DNA of 64,000 nucleotides. Source: Opitutaceae bacterium. Its GTDB lineage: Bacteria; Verrucomicrobiota; Verrucomicrobiia; Opitutales; Coraliomargaritaceae. This document shows positions 52,900-63,639 of this stretch, piece after piece. The stretch covers positions 512,001 to 576,000 of the forward strand of contig JBPOFY010000002.1 in assembly GCA_051252375.1 (NCBI GenBank). Reading direction: 5' to 3'. Within the stretch, counting starts at the first letter, position 1. Every line of letters begins with the position of its first letter. The notes beneath the pieces were generated by a model, which was not told the DNA's origin, searched no databases, and saw nothing but the letters and a program-made list of their open reading frames with translations. The position numbers were made by a program, and so were the translations under genes.

Positions 52900-53346
52900 A
52901 GCACCATCCAACTCATCAGGAGAAGGCATGGGTGTATTCATATTCTGCTCTTCAATAAAATCCTGGAGAATTAAGGCCGCCGCGCGCGAGTCGATCTCTC
53001 CGCTTTTGCGATCCAGTTTCTTCTTTTGCCCTTTCAATCCTTGCTCGACTGAATGACTGGATAGCCGCTCGTCCACTCGATGAATCGGCAAACCGAAACG
53101 TTTGGTGATTTCTTCAATGAAGACATCCACTTCCTTTGCTTTAAAACCCACGCTGCCGTTCATGTTCAATGGGTAACCACAGATAATCTCATGAATGCGC
53201 CGCGCTTTGATCATTTCCTCGATGTGTTTAAGGCGGTTTTTCTTGGTTGCGGCGACCGCGGCAGGTAAAGGCACCGCGATACCGACCTCGTCGGCATATG
53301 CCAAACCGATACGTTTTTCGCCCCAATCTATGCCTAAATAATTCAT
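52879..53346 (-). CDS. ruvX: YqgF/RuvX pre-16S rRNA nuclease
   Basis: LGIDWGEKRIGLA, GYPLNMNG, VDERLSS, IDSRAAALILQ. Confidence 0.93.
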   Translation of the reverse strand: MNYLGIDWGEKRIGLAYADEVGIAVPLPAAVAATKKNRLKHIEEMIKARRIHEIICGYPLNMNGSVGFKAKEVDVFIEEITKRFGLPIHRVDERLSSHSVEQGLKGQKKKLDRKSGEIDSRAAALILQDFIEEQNMNTPMPSPDELDGAGSGGRP

Positions 53347-53374
53347 CGCTTCGCAGTCGTCAGTAGTCGGAGAA

Positions 53375-54466
53375 CTACATGAGTTTCTTGAGAGCCTCTT
53401 TCGCTCCAATCGCTTGAACCAGCGCTTTGATATCTTGCGCCTTATCTTTGTGGCACACCAGTGTCGCGTCGTCGGTCTTCACTACGATCAAATCATCCAC
53501 TCCAAGGAGAGCGACCAAGTGATCATCATCACGGCAATAGACGATATTGTTTGCGCCTTGCTCAATCTGAGCCGTGCCGCGCACAACGTTACCAGCATCG
53601 TCTGCCGGATAGTGACGCGCGATGGCAGACCACTCGCCGACATCGTCCCAGTCGAAACCGGACTCTACCATGACAACATTGTTTGCCTTCTCGATGATCG
53701 CGTAGTCGATCGAAATCTTTTCCAAGCTCGGATAGTGCGCTGCCAACAAAGGGTCGATCGTCTCGCCCGCCGAGAGCCCTGTATCAATTGCTTGCAGTGC
53801 ATTCCATAGCGCCGGCGTGTTGGCTTCCAACTGCTCAACAATCGAAGCCACTGACCATACAAACATGCCGGCATTCCAAAAGTAATCACCACTATCGAGA
53901 TAGCCTTGCGCGGTCGCGGCGTCGGGCTTTTCGACAAATCGTTTTACGTTAAAAATAGATCGGCTGGCAAATTCGCCGAGCGCATCGCCTTGCTGAATAT
54001 AACCATAACCAGTCGCCGGCGAAGTCGCAGTGATCCCAATTGTAGCCAACACATTTTGCGCTTCGGCAACGGCAAATGCAGATTCCAGAGTCGCGCAAAG
54101 ACCTGCCGCGTCGTGGATCATCGCGTCCGCAGGAAGCATCGCAAAAGTCGCATTAGGGTTCTCGCGTTTGACTAGAATCGTCGCGAGCCCTACAGCTGCG
54201 GCGGTATCACGCCCGACCGGTTCACCGATCACCTTCGCGGGATCTAATTCCGGACATACTTCTAATACCGCCGCACGTTGCTCGGCATTAGTAATGACAA
54301 ACACCTCTTTGGGTGAAACCAGCCCAGCGAGTCGATCCACTGTTTGCGCCAACATGGCTTTCTCACCGACAATCGGCAACAACTGCTTCGGGCGGGCCAT
54401 ACGACTCTCCGGCCAAAAACGTTCTCCGCGACCACCGGCCATAATCACTACATATCGATTCGACAT
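53375..54466 (-). CDS. manC: Mannose-1-phosphate guanylyltransferase
   Basis: MAGGRGERFWP.SR..PKQ, EPVGRDTA, FVEKPD, WNAGMF, SIDYAI.E, WDDVG.W. Confidence 0.93.
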   Translation of the reverse strand: MSNRYVVIMAGGRGERFWPESRMARPKQLLPIVGEKAMLAQTVDRLAGLVSPKEVFVITNAEQRAAVLEVCPELDPAKVIGEPVGRDTAAAVGLATILVKRENPNATFAMLPADAMIHDAAGLCATLESAFAVAEAQNVLATIGITATSPATGYGYIQQGDALGEFASRSIFNVKRFVEKPDAATAQGYLDSGDYFWNAGMFVWSVASIVEQLEANTPALWNALQAIDTGLSAGETIDPLLAAHYPSLEKISIDYAIIEKANNVVMVESGFDWDDVGEWSAIARHYPADDAGNVVRGTAQIEQGANNIVYCRDDDHLVALLGVDDLIVVKTDDATLVCHKDKAQDIKALVQAIGAKEALKKLM

Positions 54467-54544
54467 GCCGTCAGCGTTGTCGAATCAAGCACCGAAGCAA
54501 GTCAGAAGGTTGAGCATACAACGTTGAAGCAATGTAAGTGTGAT

Positions 54545-54613
54545 GGCAGGGATCGTTATCCTTAACGATCCGTTTGCTCGACTGGCGGCGCGATAAGGAT
54601 ATCGCGCCCTACC
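54545..54613. repeat. REP doublet family B
   Basis: GGCAGGGATCGTTATCCTTAACGATCC ... GGCGCGATAAGGATATCGCGCCCTACC. Confidence 0.85.
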
Positions 54614-54694
54614 CGATCTAAATTGACCCGGGAGAAACGCACTACAAACAGACAAAAGAGTGACAGCTCTCTGAAATTCATCACGTTAATCGGC

Positions 54695-55699
54695 ATGCCA
54701 CTAGGAAACGAAGTCAAAGAAGCGCTGCGCCAACAACTCTGCGATTTGCAGAGCTACTTATTAAAAGCCATTCATGCCGCACGGGAGGCATCGAGCACGA
54801 GCGCACTCTCGGCGATCTCCAAAGAAACCGCATCCGACACAATTTTCGTGATCGATCAAATCGCGGAAGAAGCGATCTTCACTTGGTTCTCCAACAACTG
54901 GGACGCTGACTGGCCAGTCGAGATCATCATGGAAGGGCTTGAGCACCAACTCACTTTCCCAAAGGACACCGCAGTCGAGGACACCAAGCTCAAATGCCTG
55001 ATCGACCCGATCGACGGCACTCGATGCATCATGTATGACAAGCGATCTGCTTGGATACTCGCGGGCATCGCAGCACAACGCGGCGAGGACAACACACTCG
55101 CCGACATCGAAGTCGCTGCGATGACAGAGATCCCCACCACTCGGCAATGGCGCGCCGACCAACTCAGTGCCACGCGCGGCGGTGGACTGCAATCCATCGC
55201 GATCGATGTTCGAAACGGTTTCACAGAAACGCCTATCGAGCACACGCCCAGCAAAGAGAGCACCGTGCACCACGCCTTCGGCACGATCTGCCGTTACTTT
55301 CCAGCTGGCTCTACCCTACTCTCTCAAATCGAAGAAAGCCTCTGGGATAAACTCTACGGTGACGGCAACGGCGTCCCAGTCGTTTTCAACGACCAATACA
55401 TTTCAACCGGTGGTCAGTTCTACGAAATTCTCAGCGGGCACGATCGCTTCGTTGCCGACATCCGGCCACTCGCATTCCGCATCTTAGATATTGAAGAAAA
55501 TCTTGGCGCACACCCCTACGATGTCGTCTGCGCGCTCCTGCTCGAAGAAGCAGGCTGCATTATCGAATACCCCGACGGCAGCCCACTGGATTGCCCGCTC
55601 GACACCACCAGCGCGGTGAACTGGGTGGCTTATGCGAATGAAGAACTCGCAGCACACATCCGCCCTGCGCTGCAAAGCGTGTTGGCCAAGCTCTGCTGA
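54695..55699 (+). CDS. Inositol monophosphatase-family protein
   Basis: MEGL, LIDPIDGT, HPYD...ALLLEEAG. Confidence 0.85.
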   Translation: MPLGNEVKEALRQQLCDLQSYLLKAIHAAREASSTSALSAISKETASDTIFVIDQIAEEAIFTWFSNNWDADWPVEIIMEGLEHQLTFPKDTAVEDTKLKCLIDPIDGTRCIMYDKRSAWILAGIAAQRGEDNTLADIEVAAMTEIPTTRQWRADQLSATRGGGLQSIAIDVRNGFTETPIEHTPSKESTVHHAFGTICRYFPAGSTLLSQIEESLWDKLYGDGNGVPVVFNDQYISTGGQFYEILSGHDRFVADIRPLAFRILDIEENLGAHPYDVVCALLLEEAGCIIEYPDGSPLDCPLDTTSAVNWVAYANEELAAHIRPALQSVLAKLC

Positions 55700-55742
55700 C
55701 ACCTCCTGCAACGAACCTCAGGTAGACCTCAAATAGAAATTT

Positions 55743-55770
55743 GGGCAGAATAATTTTGGGCAGAATAATT
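55743..55770. repeat. 15-bp tandem repeat, left boundary of the cassette module
   Basis: GGGCAGAATAATTTT GGGCAGAATAATT; inverted relative to 56319-56348. Confidence 0.75.
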
Positions 55771-55781
55771 CCTGAAATTCG

Positions 55782-55843
<62 letters not shown>

Positions 55844-55845
55844 GT

Positions 55846-56088
55846 TTATTTTGGTCTAATTGGAGGTGAACTGTCTATCTCTATATTACTAATTTCATCG
55901 CTGCCCTGTATCGAAATTTCTATATCTCCGACACCTCCCTCAGCGGAATAATCACTTCGCAAGTGGAAATGTTTCCTGTTCTGTTTAAGTGAGCGAAGTA
56001 CTTCCATGAGAGTATCAATCTCATCGTCTTTAATGGATAAGGTGAGACCATACCAACCTGTCTTAAAATCTTCGATTTCTGCTCTCAT
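55846..56088 (-). CDS. Gene-cassette ORF, 80-aa acidic hypothetical protein
   Basis: Markedly AT-rich; preceded by GTTATGT ending 10 nt before the ATG and followed directly by attC; HFHL motif. Confidence 0.8.
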   Translation of the reverse strand: MRAEIEDFKTGWYGLTLSIKDDEIDTLMEVLRSLKQNRKHFHLRSDYSAEGGVGDIEISIQGSDEISNIEIDSSPPIRPK

Positions 56089-56098
56089 ACTTTAACTT

Positions 56099-56232
56099 AC
56101 ATAACAAGTTATTAGTTCATTTCCGGATAACATCCTAGATCTGGGAAATGTCGACTCTTAATGGCGTTATTGAACCCCAAGCCCTATACGGATAATATCC
56201 TTTTTGGGTAAAAAAGTAATCGGATAATACCG
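56099..56232 (-). mobile_element. attI-like site
   Basis: GAACTAATAACTT-GTTATGT core (56105-56099), the exact complement of the cassette R''; no attC hairpin upstream; three CGGATAA(C/T)A repeats near 56124, 56189 and 56221. Confidence 0.5.
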
Positions 56233-56281
56233 ACAAATGAAGCAGTTACCAAATCTCCGCCTCTAGCTTTAGTCGCGTAAA

Positions 56282-56311
56282 TTGAGACCACATCTCATCC
56301 TACTGTATAAT
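56282..56311 (+). promoter_or_regulatory. Orphan sigma70-like promoter pointing away from the cassette
   Basis: TTGAGA-N18-TATAAT with no ORF downstream on this strand. Confidence 0.45.
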
Positions 56312-56318
56312 CCGAGTT

Positions 56319-56348
56319 AAAATTATTCTGCCAAAAATTATTCTGTAA
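56319..56348. repeat. 15-bp tandem repeat, right boundary of the cassette module
   Basis: AAAATTATTCTGCCA AAAATTATTCTGTAA. Confidence 0.75.
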
Positions 56349-56415
56349 AAAATCATGAATGATGTCGCTCCGCTCGGAACGGCCGAATCCCCGGCCTCTA
56401 CATCTAGCGAGAGAA

Positions 56416-56979
56416 CTACTTATTCAGTTGGTAAAACATCAAGCCCACCAGTGCTAGCGCGTGACCGATCTTGCAGTCCTTCGCCCATTGAAGCACTTCG
56501 GCCTCGGGGATGACGCGAATTTCTATTTCTTCGTGCTCATCCCAATCAGTGCCTGCTTCGGCGAGACGGCAATTATCTGCAAAAATCACTTGGCAGGTAT
56601 TATTCAGAATCGCGGGATTCGGACTACAGTACCCGATCAAACGACCACTCTCTGCGACGTAACCCGTCTCCTCCTGCAATTCGCGCAGACCTGCCGCAAC
56701 TGGGTCTTCGCCAGCATCGACAACCCCACCGGGCAATTCCCATGAAAGCTCGTCGGAACCCCAACGAAATTGGCGCACCATAATCAACTCACCATCCACT
56801 GTGCGTGCGACGACGACTGCCCAATCACGGGAGTCGATATAGAAAAAATCGCCCTCTTTACCATTATGAGGATGGCGATAACGGCGCATCCGCAAATCCC
56901 ACACACGGCAGGGATTCAGCAAAGTATCATTGATCAAATCCCAACGTGGCGGAGTGCCACCACTTGCTTCATCTGCCAT
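56416..56979 (-). CDS. NUDIX hydrolase (ADP-ribose pyrophosphatase-like)
   Basis: VRQFR...WELPGG...GED...[12 protein letters not shown]udix box. Confidence 0.92.
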   Translation of the reverse strand: MADEASGGTPPRWDLINDTLLNPCRVWDLRMRRYRHPHNGKEGDFFYIDSRDWAVVVARTVDGELIMVRQFRWGSDELSWELPGGVVDAGEDPVAAGLRELQEETGYVAESGRLIGYCSPNPAILNNTCQVIFADNCRLAEAGTDWDEHEEIEIRVIPEAEVLQWAKDCKIGHALALVGLMFYQLNK

Positions 56980-56981
56980 AC

Positions 56982-57599
56982 TTAGTTGGCAGGGATAGCG
57001 ATCTTCTGACCGATCTGTAAAGCGCGTGGGTTTACACCTGGGTTTGCATCGAGCAATGCTTGAAGACTGATCCCCAGCTTGCCTGCAATCTTAGCAAAAT
57101 TATCGCCGGACTGAATACTGTAGGTGCTGGCGGCACTACCTGTGGCAGCCGTTTCACCACTCGTCACAGTGACCGTGCCGCTGGCGGTATCAACCGCTGC
57201 CGGTTTCGCCGGCGCGGGCTTTGGGCGAGTGACACCTGCGGTAAATTCATTCACCTTCTCGACGAGCTTCACCATTTCCTCTCGGTTGGATTTCACACCG
57301 GAAAGCGCTTGCTTCACCGCTTGCTCACTTTGCGAACTATACACACGCAGACGACTCACAGTCTGTGCCAACTCATTATTCTTAGCCGTGAGTTCGGTCA
57401 ATTTGGTATCGAAAGCGCTCAATTGCTTTTCGATCCGTGCCGCGCTGCCAGAGTTGGCCTCCATGCTGTCACTGATCGGGCTCAGCTGTTGATTGGCAGT
57501 AATGCCGAAATAAAGGCCTGCGCCGCCGAGAGCAATTGCCAGAACGGCAAGGGCAACTGGGACCATCGAGCTTGAGGATGCATTGATATCGTCTTCCAT
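56982..57599 (-). CDS. Membrane-anchored coiled-coil protein with a C-terminal LysM domain
   Basis: N-terminal [15 protein letters not shown]...L..ANPGVNP..LQIGQKI.IP. Confidence 0.9.
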   Translation of the reverse strand: MEDDINASSSSMVPVALAVLAIALGGAGLYFGITANQQLSPISDSMEANSGSAARIEKQLSAFDTKLTELTAKNNELAQTVSRLRVYSSQSEQAVKQALSGVKSNREEMVKLVEKVNEFTAGVTRPKPAPAKPAAVDTASGTVTVTSGETAATGSAASTYSIQSGDNFAKIAGKLGISLQALLDANPGVNPRALQIGQKIAIPAN

Positions 57600-57780
57600 A
57601 AAAACGGCACGCTAAGGGATTTACGGAACTGTGCAAGCCAGCGTTCAGCAAGTTTTTAACAATAGCTTCATCCTACGCACCGTTATTTGCGCTTGCTGGA
57701 AAGTGGAATGAGTGGTCAAATTTACCTATTCAAATCGCATCCACGATTTGATCCACGCAACAGTTAAACAAAACAGAACG

Positions 57781-58593
57781 ATGCCGGACTACTACATACG
57801 CACACCTGACCAAGACGAATCCCGTGGACCCTTTGATCCGATCAAGCTGCAAACCTTAGCGGAGGCAGGTCAAATTTCAGAGAACTCACTCTACTACGAC
57901 GAATCAAAAGAAGAATGGGTGCCCATCGCACTGAATGCAGAACTGTGCGCTCAAGTATTTCCGCAACGTGAAAAACTCGAGCTCAGGATCCAAAAGAGCA
58001 AGGAGGTCTTAGCCGCAGAAGAAGCTGTAAAAGATCCCGGCGGACACTCGGTCGAAGACATGCTCGACGCCGCGGAAGGTAACACCGACGAGAAAAAAGC
58101 GCTGAAACAAAAGGAAAAAAGTTTTAACAAAGCCGCCGCCCTTTCCGCACCGAGTCTCGGCATCATGATGATGGCTTCAGCCGTCTTTTTGCTCTATCCG
58201 CATTATTCAATCATTCTGGATTCGATACAATCAGGCACCTACGCATCTCTGATCAATTTCCCATTCATCCTGATTGGCATATTTGATTTCATGATGGGGA
58301 TCTTCCTCTTCCTCGCGGTTACTGAAGTATATCCGCTACTGCGAGGCCGCTCGATGCTCACACTCGGTTTCGGAGCATATGTGGGCTGGTCGCTTGGCGA
58401 TCCAATTTTAATGTTAGTCTCCGCATTATCAGGACTAGGCATCTTCCTCGCCACCATCGCTCAAAGGCAATCCATCATGTATCTAGCAATCGTCATCGGT
58501 ATCGGCGGCAATGGATTCCTTGCGTATTTGGCAGTCGCTGGTCGCTTTACAGGATTCTTTGAAGGCGTTCAGTTCGACCTAATCACTGATTAA
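57781..58593 (+). CDS. GYF_2 (DUF4339)-domain membrane protein
   Basis: YYI...RGPFD...L..L...GQI...SL.Y.....EW.PI followed by several TM helices. Confidence 0.75.
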   Translation: MPDYYIRTPDQDESRGPFDPIKLQTLAEAGQISENSLYYDESKEEWVPIALNAELCAQVFPQREKLELRIQKSKEVLAAEEAVKDPGGHSVEDMLDAAEGNTDEKKALKQKEKSFNKAAALSAPSLGIMMMASAVFLLYPHYSIILDSIQSGTYASLINFPFILIGIFDFMMGIFLFLAVTEVYPLLRGRSMLTLGFGAYVGWSLGDPILMLVSALSGLGIFLATIAQRQSIMYLAIVIGIGGNGFLAYLAVAGRFTGFFEGVQFDLITD

Positions 58594-58616
58594 GCGAAGC
58601 CGTATCGAAATCGATT

Positions 58617-60098
58617 GTGGATAATAAAGAGAACCAAGCCGCTGACGCCAAAAGGGAAGCCAGTTTTCTCAGCCAAGCCCGCAAATATGGCGCCCGCACA
58701 CAGGCGCTATTATATAAGGACATTTGGGAACTAGAGCACCTAGGTCGCAAGACTGTGCGTGCACGGCTCTATCTATTGCTGCGTGTATTGACGCTCACCT
58801 TTCAGGGTTTGAAGCGGAATCACATCCCGATGCAAGCGGCGGCGTTGACCTTTTTCTCCTCGATCGGGATCGGACCACTCATCGCCTTCGGCATCATGAT
58901 CTCCGGGTTCTTGCTCGATAAAGACATCGCCGACGATCCCGCAGCTGGTCAGCAAGACAGCGTCGTCGTGCAAAAGATCACAGAGATCATCGCCTACGCC
59001 GCACCACAAGTCGCGGTCACAGTCGATGACGACGGCAATGGTGGCTCTCGCACAGAACTAGCGCCCGAGTTACTAGAACTTATCAATAATTTCAGTTCCG
59101 TAGCGAAGTCAGGCACCGTCGGTGTGATCGGCACGCTCATGCTCTTATTCATCTGTTTGCAGGTGCTCACCTCGATCGAGAAATCGTTCAACACTCTGTG
59201 GGGTGTCTCGCAGGGGCGTAATTTTACCGAACGCATCGTCACCTATTGGACATTGATCAGTCTCGGTGCCGTTCTCGGCACGGCCGCTATTTCGCTGCAG
59301 ATCCTTAAAGTCTTCACCCAGTTCGCCCAAAATCTACCCTTTGGGACCACGCTCGCGTCGATGATTCAGTTCTTCTCGCCTGTTATCGGCTTCATCATGA
59401 TTGTCGTGTTGCTGGCGGTCTTCCTCCGTTTCATCCCCAACACAAAGGTCAACTGGAGACCCGCTTTTGTCGGCGCAGTTCTCGTCGTCAGCCTGCTGCA
59501 GGTTTACAAGATGCTCTCGTTTCTTTACGTCCAGCAAGTCGTCAACAACAAGAGCCTCTATGGTTCGGTCGGCATTATCGTCATCCTCATGCTCGGTCTC
59601 TATGTCTTTTGGCTGCTTATTTTGTTCGGCGGACAAGTCACCTACGCCATGCAAAACGCGGATTCATTAACCAATGAAAGCGCTTGGCAAAAGACCAGCG
59701 AGCGCGCCCGCGAACTCATCTCTCTGGCTGTGCTCATCGCCGTCGGTCAACGCTTTCACAATGGCGGACCACCCTTACGCGCCAGTGAGATCCATAAACG
59801 ACTGCGCGTGCCCAGCCATATTTTGAATTCGAGCATCACGCGCCTCTGCCAGATCGGCTATCTTTACCAAGTCGAGACCAAGAGTATCGAAGAAGAGCGC
59901 GACCACGCCTACCAGCCCGCCCAGCCACTCGAATCAATTAACCTAGGCAGCTTCAAACAAGCCTTCGAGTCCTACGGCAACAACGACGGCGCCGATTTAA
60001 TCGCCGCATCCAGCCCAGCCGTCACAACCTATTTAGAAGAAGTCGTTTCGCTGAAAGACTGCCCCAGCGCCAATCTGACCCTTCGAGACCTGCTATAG
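58617..60098 (+). CDS. YihY/BrkB-family membrane protein with a C-terminal HTH-like domain
   Basis: AAALTF.S....PL, IEKSFN.LW, PNTKV.W..A..GA, LYGS...W...L.G. Confidence 0.88.
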   Translation: MDNKENQAADAKREASFLSQARKYGARTQALLYKDIWELEHLGRKTVRARLYLLLRVLTLTFQGLKRNHIPMQAAALTFFSSIGIGPLIAFGIMISGFLLDKDIADDPAAGQQDSVVVQKITEIIAYAAPQVAVTVDDDGNGGSRTELAPELLELINNFSSVAKSGTVGVIGTLMLLFICLQVLTSIEKSFNTLWGVSQGRNFTERIVTYWTLISLGAVLGTAAISLQILKVFTQFAQNLPFGTTLASMIQFFSPVIGFIMIVVLLAVFLRFIPNTKVNWRPAFVGAVLVVSLLQVYKMLSFLYVQQVVNNKSLYGSVGIIVILMLGLYVFWLLILFGGQVTYAMQNADSLTNESAWQKTSERARELISLAVLIAVGQRFHNGGPPLRASEIHKRLRVPSHILNSSITRLCQIGYLYQVETKSIEEERDHAYQPAQPLESINLGSFKQAFESYGNNDGADLIAASSPAVTTYLEEVVSLKDCPSANLTLRDLL

Positions 60099-60207
60099 GT
60101 CCTAAATTCGCGTCTTTTGTGCCTTTCGTAGTCAAAATAGACTGCAACCATTGAGTTGACAGCGGTTTCCCCAGACCTAACCTCCTGCGCTTTCTCTTTA
60201 CCTACAC

Positions 60208-61872
60208 ATGATTTCTTGGATCCAAAATCACCTCATCCGCCACGGTCGCTGGATATTCCTTTCACTGCTTGCGCTTATCATCGTAGCCTTCGTCTTCACG
60301 ATCGGCAATACGCCTGGTTGCACAACCGATAATAGTTCCTATGAAGAGCAATACTTCTATGGCATCGACATGAATGCTCCACGCGAGCGCGACGTCATCG
60401 TCGAGAAAGTGCAGCTCAGCGTTTACTTCAATAGCCAGCAAATCCGCTCGGATCAGCAGTTCCAATCACAGGTGATCAACCGTATCGCCAAGTTGCACCT
60501 CGCAGACGAGATCGGCATCCCTAGCCCGAATGAAGCGGCGCTTGCTGAATACATCAAGACCAAGCCCGCCTTCCGCGGCCAAGATGGTCAATTCAGCGCT
60601 GATAGCTACACCTCCTTTATCGACACGGTCGAATCAAACCCTCGCATGCAAGTGGGTCTGGTCGCAATCGTCCTCGAAGAAGACTATCGTATCGATCAGA
60701 TCACCAGCGCCCTCACTGGTCCAGGTTACGTCCTTCCTTCCGAGGCAAAGGCACAAACACAAAGCTCACAAACAACGCTAACACTGACCACAGCTGAAAT
60801 CGCCTACAAGGATTTCGCTCCTGAAATCGCTCCTGACGAAGCGACACTTAAGTCTTTCTTCGAGAACAATGCTGCTCGCTACGAAATCCCTGAGCGTATC
60901 AAAGCAAGTTACGCATTCTTCCCTGCGAAGAAATACAGCGATCAAGTGACCGAGCTTGCAGATGCCGCCCTTCGCGACCACTTCATCGCCAACCGTGCAA
61001 AATTCGTCGATGCCTTCACCGCTCTCCAGCCAACACCAGCTGAAGGTGAAGAAGCCCCTGCTGTTACATTTGAAGACGTCCGTCCTTCTGTCGAAGCCAG
61101 CCTCAAAGCAGAGAGCGCTGAGCGCCTCGCAAACGAAGCCGCACAAGCTTTTGCTTACAAGCTCTACCGCGACGAAATCGCACATAAGTCCGCTGCTTTC
61201 AACAAGCTAGTCAACGAATCCGGTCTCAGCCTCACTGCGATCGAGCCCTACTCTGCACAAGGTGCCTCGCAACGTGCACTCTCTGCTGAGATGCTGCAGT
61301 CTGCTTTCGCACTGGGTGGCAATCGCTACTTCTCAGATGCTTACGCGATCGACGGCGGATTTGCTGTCCTCATCTATGAAGGCCGCATCGCTCCCGAGCT
61401 GCCTGCTTTCGAAACCGTGCAAGCTGAAGTGCTCGCCAACTACCAAAGCGAAGAAAAGCGCGCGCTCTTCAACAAAAAGGGTGAAAGCCTTAAAGCCGAA
61501 CTCGAAGCAAAACTCGCTGAAGGCACTAGTTTCGCAGATGCCGCAGCAGCACTTGATCTCGGCGTAAACAGCTATGAAGCCTTCAAGGTTGCCGATGCTC
61601 CACGCGAGCTCAACCGCACAGCGCTACAAACCGCACAAGGTATGAACGCCGGCGAAGTCTCTGCGATGTTCACTGCCAGCGATATCGGCACTTTCGTTTA
61701 TTTAGAGAATAAGGAAGTTCCCGAAATTGCCGAAGATGACGAAGATATGACACAGGCATTAAGCTTCCTCGCCTATATGTCCTCATCAGTCAGCAACAGC
61801 AGCACTGTCAACGAGCTAGTCGCACGTGGTCTTCCCGAAACGGAAGAAGAAACCACTGCAGAAGTTGAATAA
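60208..61872 (+). CDS. PpiD/SurA N-terminal-domain periplasmic chaperone
   Basis: MISWIQ...TM (IIVAFVF), F.G.DGQF...Y, YEIPERIK..Y, FEDV and FADAA patterns. Confidence 0.75.
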   Translation: MISWIQNHLIRHGRWIFLSLLALIIVAFVFTIGNTPGCTTDNSSYEEQYFYGIDMNAPRERDVIVEKVQLSVYFNSQQIRSDQQFQSQVINRIAKLHLADEIGIPSPNEAALAEYIKTKPAFRGQDGQFSADSYTSFIDTVESNPRMQVGLVAIVLEEDYRIDQITSALTGPGYVLPSEAKAQTQSSQTTLTLTTAEIAYKDFAPEIAPDEATLKSFFENNAARYEIPERIKASYAFFPAKKYSDQVTELADAALRDHFIANRAKFVDAFTALQPTPAEGEEAPAVTFEDVRPSVEASLKAESAERLANEAAQAFAYKLYRDEIAHKSAAFNKLVNESGLSLTAIEPYSAQGASQRALSAEMLQSAFALGGNRYFSDAYAIDGGFAVLIYEGRIAPELPAFETVQAEVLANYQSEEKRALFNKKGESLKAELEAKLAEGTSFADAAAALDLGVNSYEAFKVADAPRELNRTALQTAQGMNAGEVSAMFTASDIGTFVYLENKEVPEIAEDDEDMTQALSFLAYMSSSVSNSSTVNELVARGLPETEEETTAEVE

Positions 61873-61955
61873 TCCCGTTCGAGCGAAGTAACTGAAAAAA
61901 AGTTAAAAGTTCTGCTTGATCTCATGCAGTAGCTTTGTCTTTATCCCGCACTTCC

Positions 61956-62038
<83 letters not shown>

Positions 62039-62046
62039 TTTTTTTT

Positions 62047-62083
62047 AAACCGTTTCCCCAAAAAGGAAGCGGTTTTCTTTTTT
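62047..62083 (+). terminator. Intrinsic terminator after tRNA-Arg
   Basis: AAACCGTTTCC-loop-GGAAGCGGTTT followed by a T-rich tail. Confidence 0.65.
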
Positions 62084-62089
62084 CCGATC

Positions 62090-63577
62090 ATGAATAGTTC
62101 TAAATATTTCCAAGAATGGTTTTCGAACCCGCGCCGCGATATCATCGCCGGCACGGTCGTCGCCCTCGCATTGATCCCTGAGGCCATCGCCTTCTCCATC
62201 ATTGCCGGTGTCGACCCGAAGGTCGGGCTATATGCCTCGTTCTGTATCGCCGTGGTGATTGCATTCGTTGGTGGCCGTGCAGGGATGATCTCCGCCGCCA
62301 CCGGTGCGATGGCAGTTCTGCTGGTCGCCTTGGTCCGTGATCATGGTCTGGAGTATTTACTACCCGTCACGATTTTGACCGGTATTCTCCAAATCATAGC
62401 CGGTGCGCTTAAGCTGGGTAATTTGATGCGTTTTGTTTCACGATCCGTCGTCACCGGTTTCGTCAACGCGCTTGCGATTATTATCTTTATGGCGCAGTTG
62501 CCTCAATTCCATGACCAAGGGCTACTCATGTATGGCATGGTCGCCGCGGGTCTCGGCATCATTTACGGTCTGCCACTGCTCACCAAGGCAGTTCCCTCGC
62601 CTCTCGTTTGTATCGTTGTTCTAACTGGCGTGTCCATGTCGATGGGTCTCGATGCCACCCTGAACACCGTGGGCGACATGGGCGACTTACCCTCCACACT
62701 GCCCATTTTCCTACTACCCGATGTGCCACTCAATTTTGAGACACTGAGCATCATTTTTCCTTATGCCATCTCACTGGCGATTGTCGGTTTATTGGAATCT
62801 TTGATGACTTCTACCATCGTCGACGACTTCACCGACACCACCAGTAACAAAAACCAAGAGTGCGCCGGCCAAGGTTTTGCTAATATCGTTTCCGGTTTCT
62901 TCGGCGGTATGGCTGGTTGCGCGATGATCGGACAATCCGTGATCAATGTGCAGTCCGGCGGTCGCGGACGATTGTCCACTTTTGCGGCGGGCATCATCCT
63001 TCTGATTCTGATTGTGGTAATGGGCGATCTCGTGAGCCAGATTCCGATGGCCGCACTGGTTGCCGTGATGATCATGGTTTCGATCGGCACTTTCAGTTGG
63101 TCGTCGATTAAGAACCTACGCATCCACCACCGCACTTCCAGCGTCGTGATGCTAGCGACCGTGCTCACGACTGTCTTCACCCACAACTTGGCCTATGGTG
63201 TGGGAGCCGGTGTGCTACTCAGCGCTCTGTTCTTTGCCTACAAAGTATCCGGTCAGCTCAATATCGCATCTACCCTCGAAGTCTCCAAGAAGGAGCGCAC
63301 TTACACCATACGTGGGCAGCTCTTCTTCGTCTCTGCCAGCAGCTTTGCCGATGCCTTCGACTTCCGCGAAGTCTTGGAAAAAATCACCATCGATGTCTCC
63401 GAAGCTCACTTCTGGGATCTATCTTCGATCAATGCTCTCGACCGTGTTGTCTTGAAGTTTCGCCGTGAAGGCACTGAAGTAGAACTCACCGGCATGAACC
63501 AAGCTAGTAAAACCCTCGTCCTCGAAGTCGCTAAATACGATAAGCCCGGCGCCTTGGACGACATGGGCGGACACTAA
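62090..63577 (+). CDS. SulP-family anion transporter with STAS domain
   Basis: [44 protein letters not shown]. Confidence 0.93.
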   Translation: MNSSKYFQEWFSNPRRDIIAGTVVALALIPEAIAFSIIAGVDPKVGLYASFCIAVVIAFVGGRAGMISAATGAMAVLLVALVRDHGLEYLLPVTILTGILQIIAGALKLGNLMRFVSRSVVTGFVNALAIIIFMAQLPQFHDQGLLMYGMVAAGLGIIYGLPLLTKAVPSPLVCIVVLTGVSMSMGLDATLNTVGDMGDLPSTLPIFLLPDVPLNFETLSIIFPYAISLAIVGLLESLMTSTIVDDFTDTTSNKNQECAGQGFANIVSGFFGGMAGCAMIGQSVINVQSGGRGRLSTFAAGIILLILIVVMGDLVSQIPMAALVAVMIMVSIGTFSWSSIKNLRIHHRTSSVVMLATVLTTVFTHNLAYGVGAGVLLSALFFAYKVSGQLNIASTLEVSKKERTYTIRGQLFFVSASSFADAFDFREVLEKITIDVSEAHFWDLSSINALDRVVLKFRREGTEVELTGMNQASKTLVLEVAKYDKPGALDDMGGH

Positions 63578-63590
63578 GCATTTTAAAGCA

Positions 63591-63639
63591 CCTCGAACCC
63601 CAAATCTCGAATCACGCACCCCGAATCACGCATCTCATG
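63591..63639. repeat. Degenerate heptamer tandem array
   Basis: CCTCGAA CCCCAAA TCTCGAA TCACGCA CCCCGAA TCACGCA TCTCATG, ending in the USP start codon. Confidence 0.7.

Noticed and set aside
56300..56320. TACTGTATAAT as a LexA box at the putative integrase promoter
   Set aside because: Only the CTGT half-site is present; there is no ACAG at the required spacing
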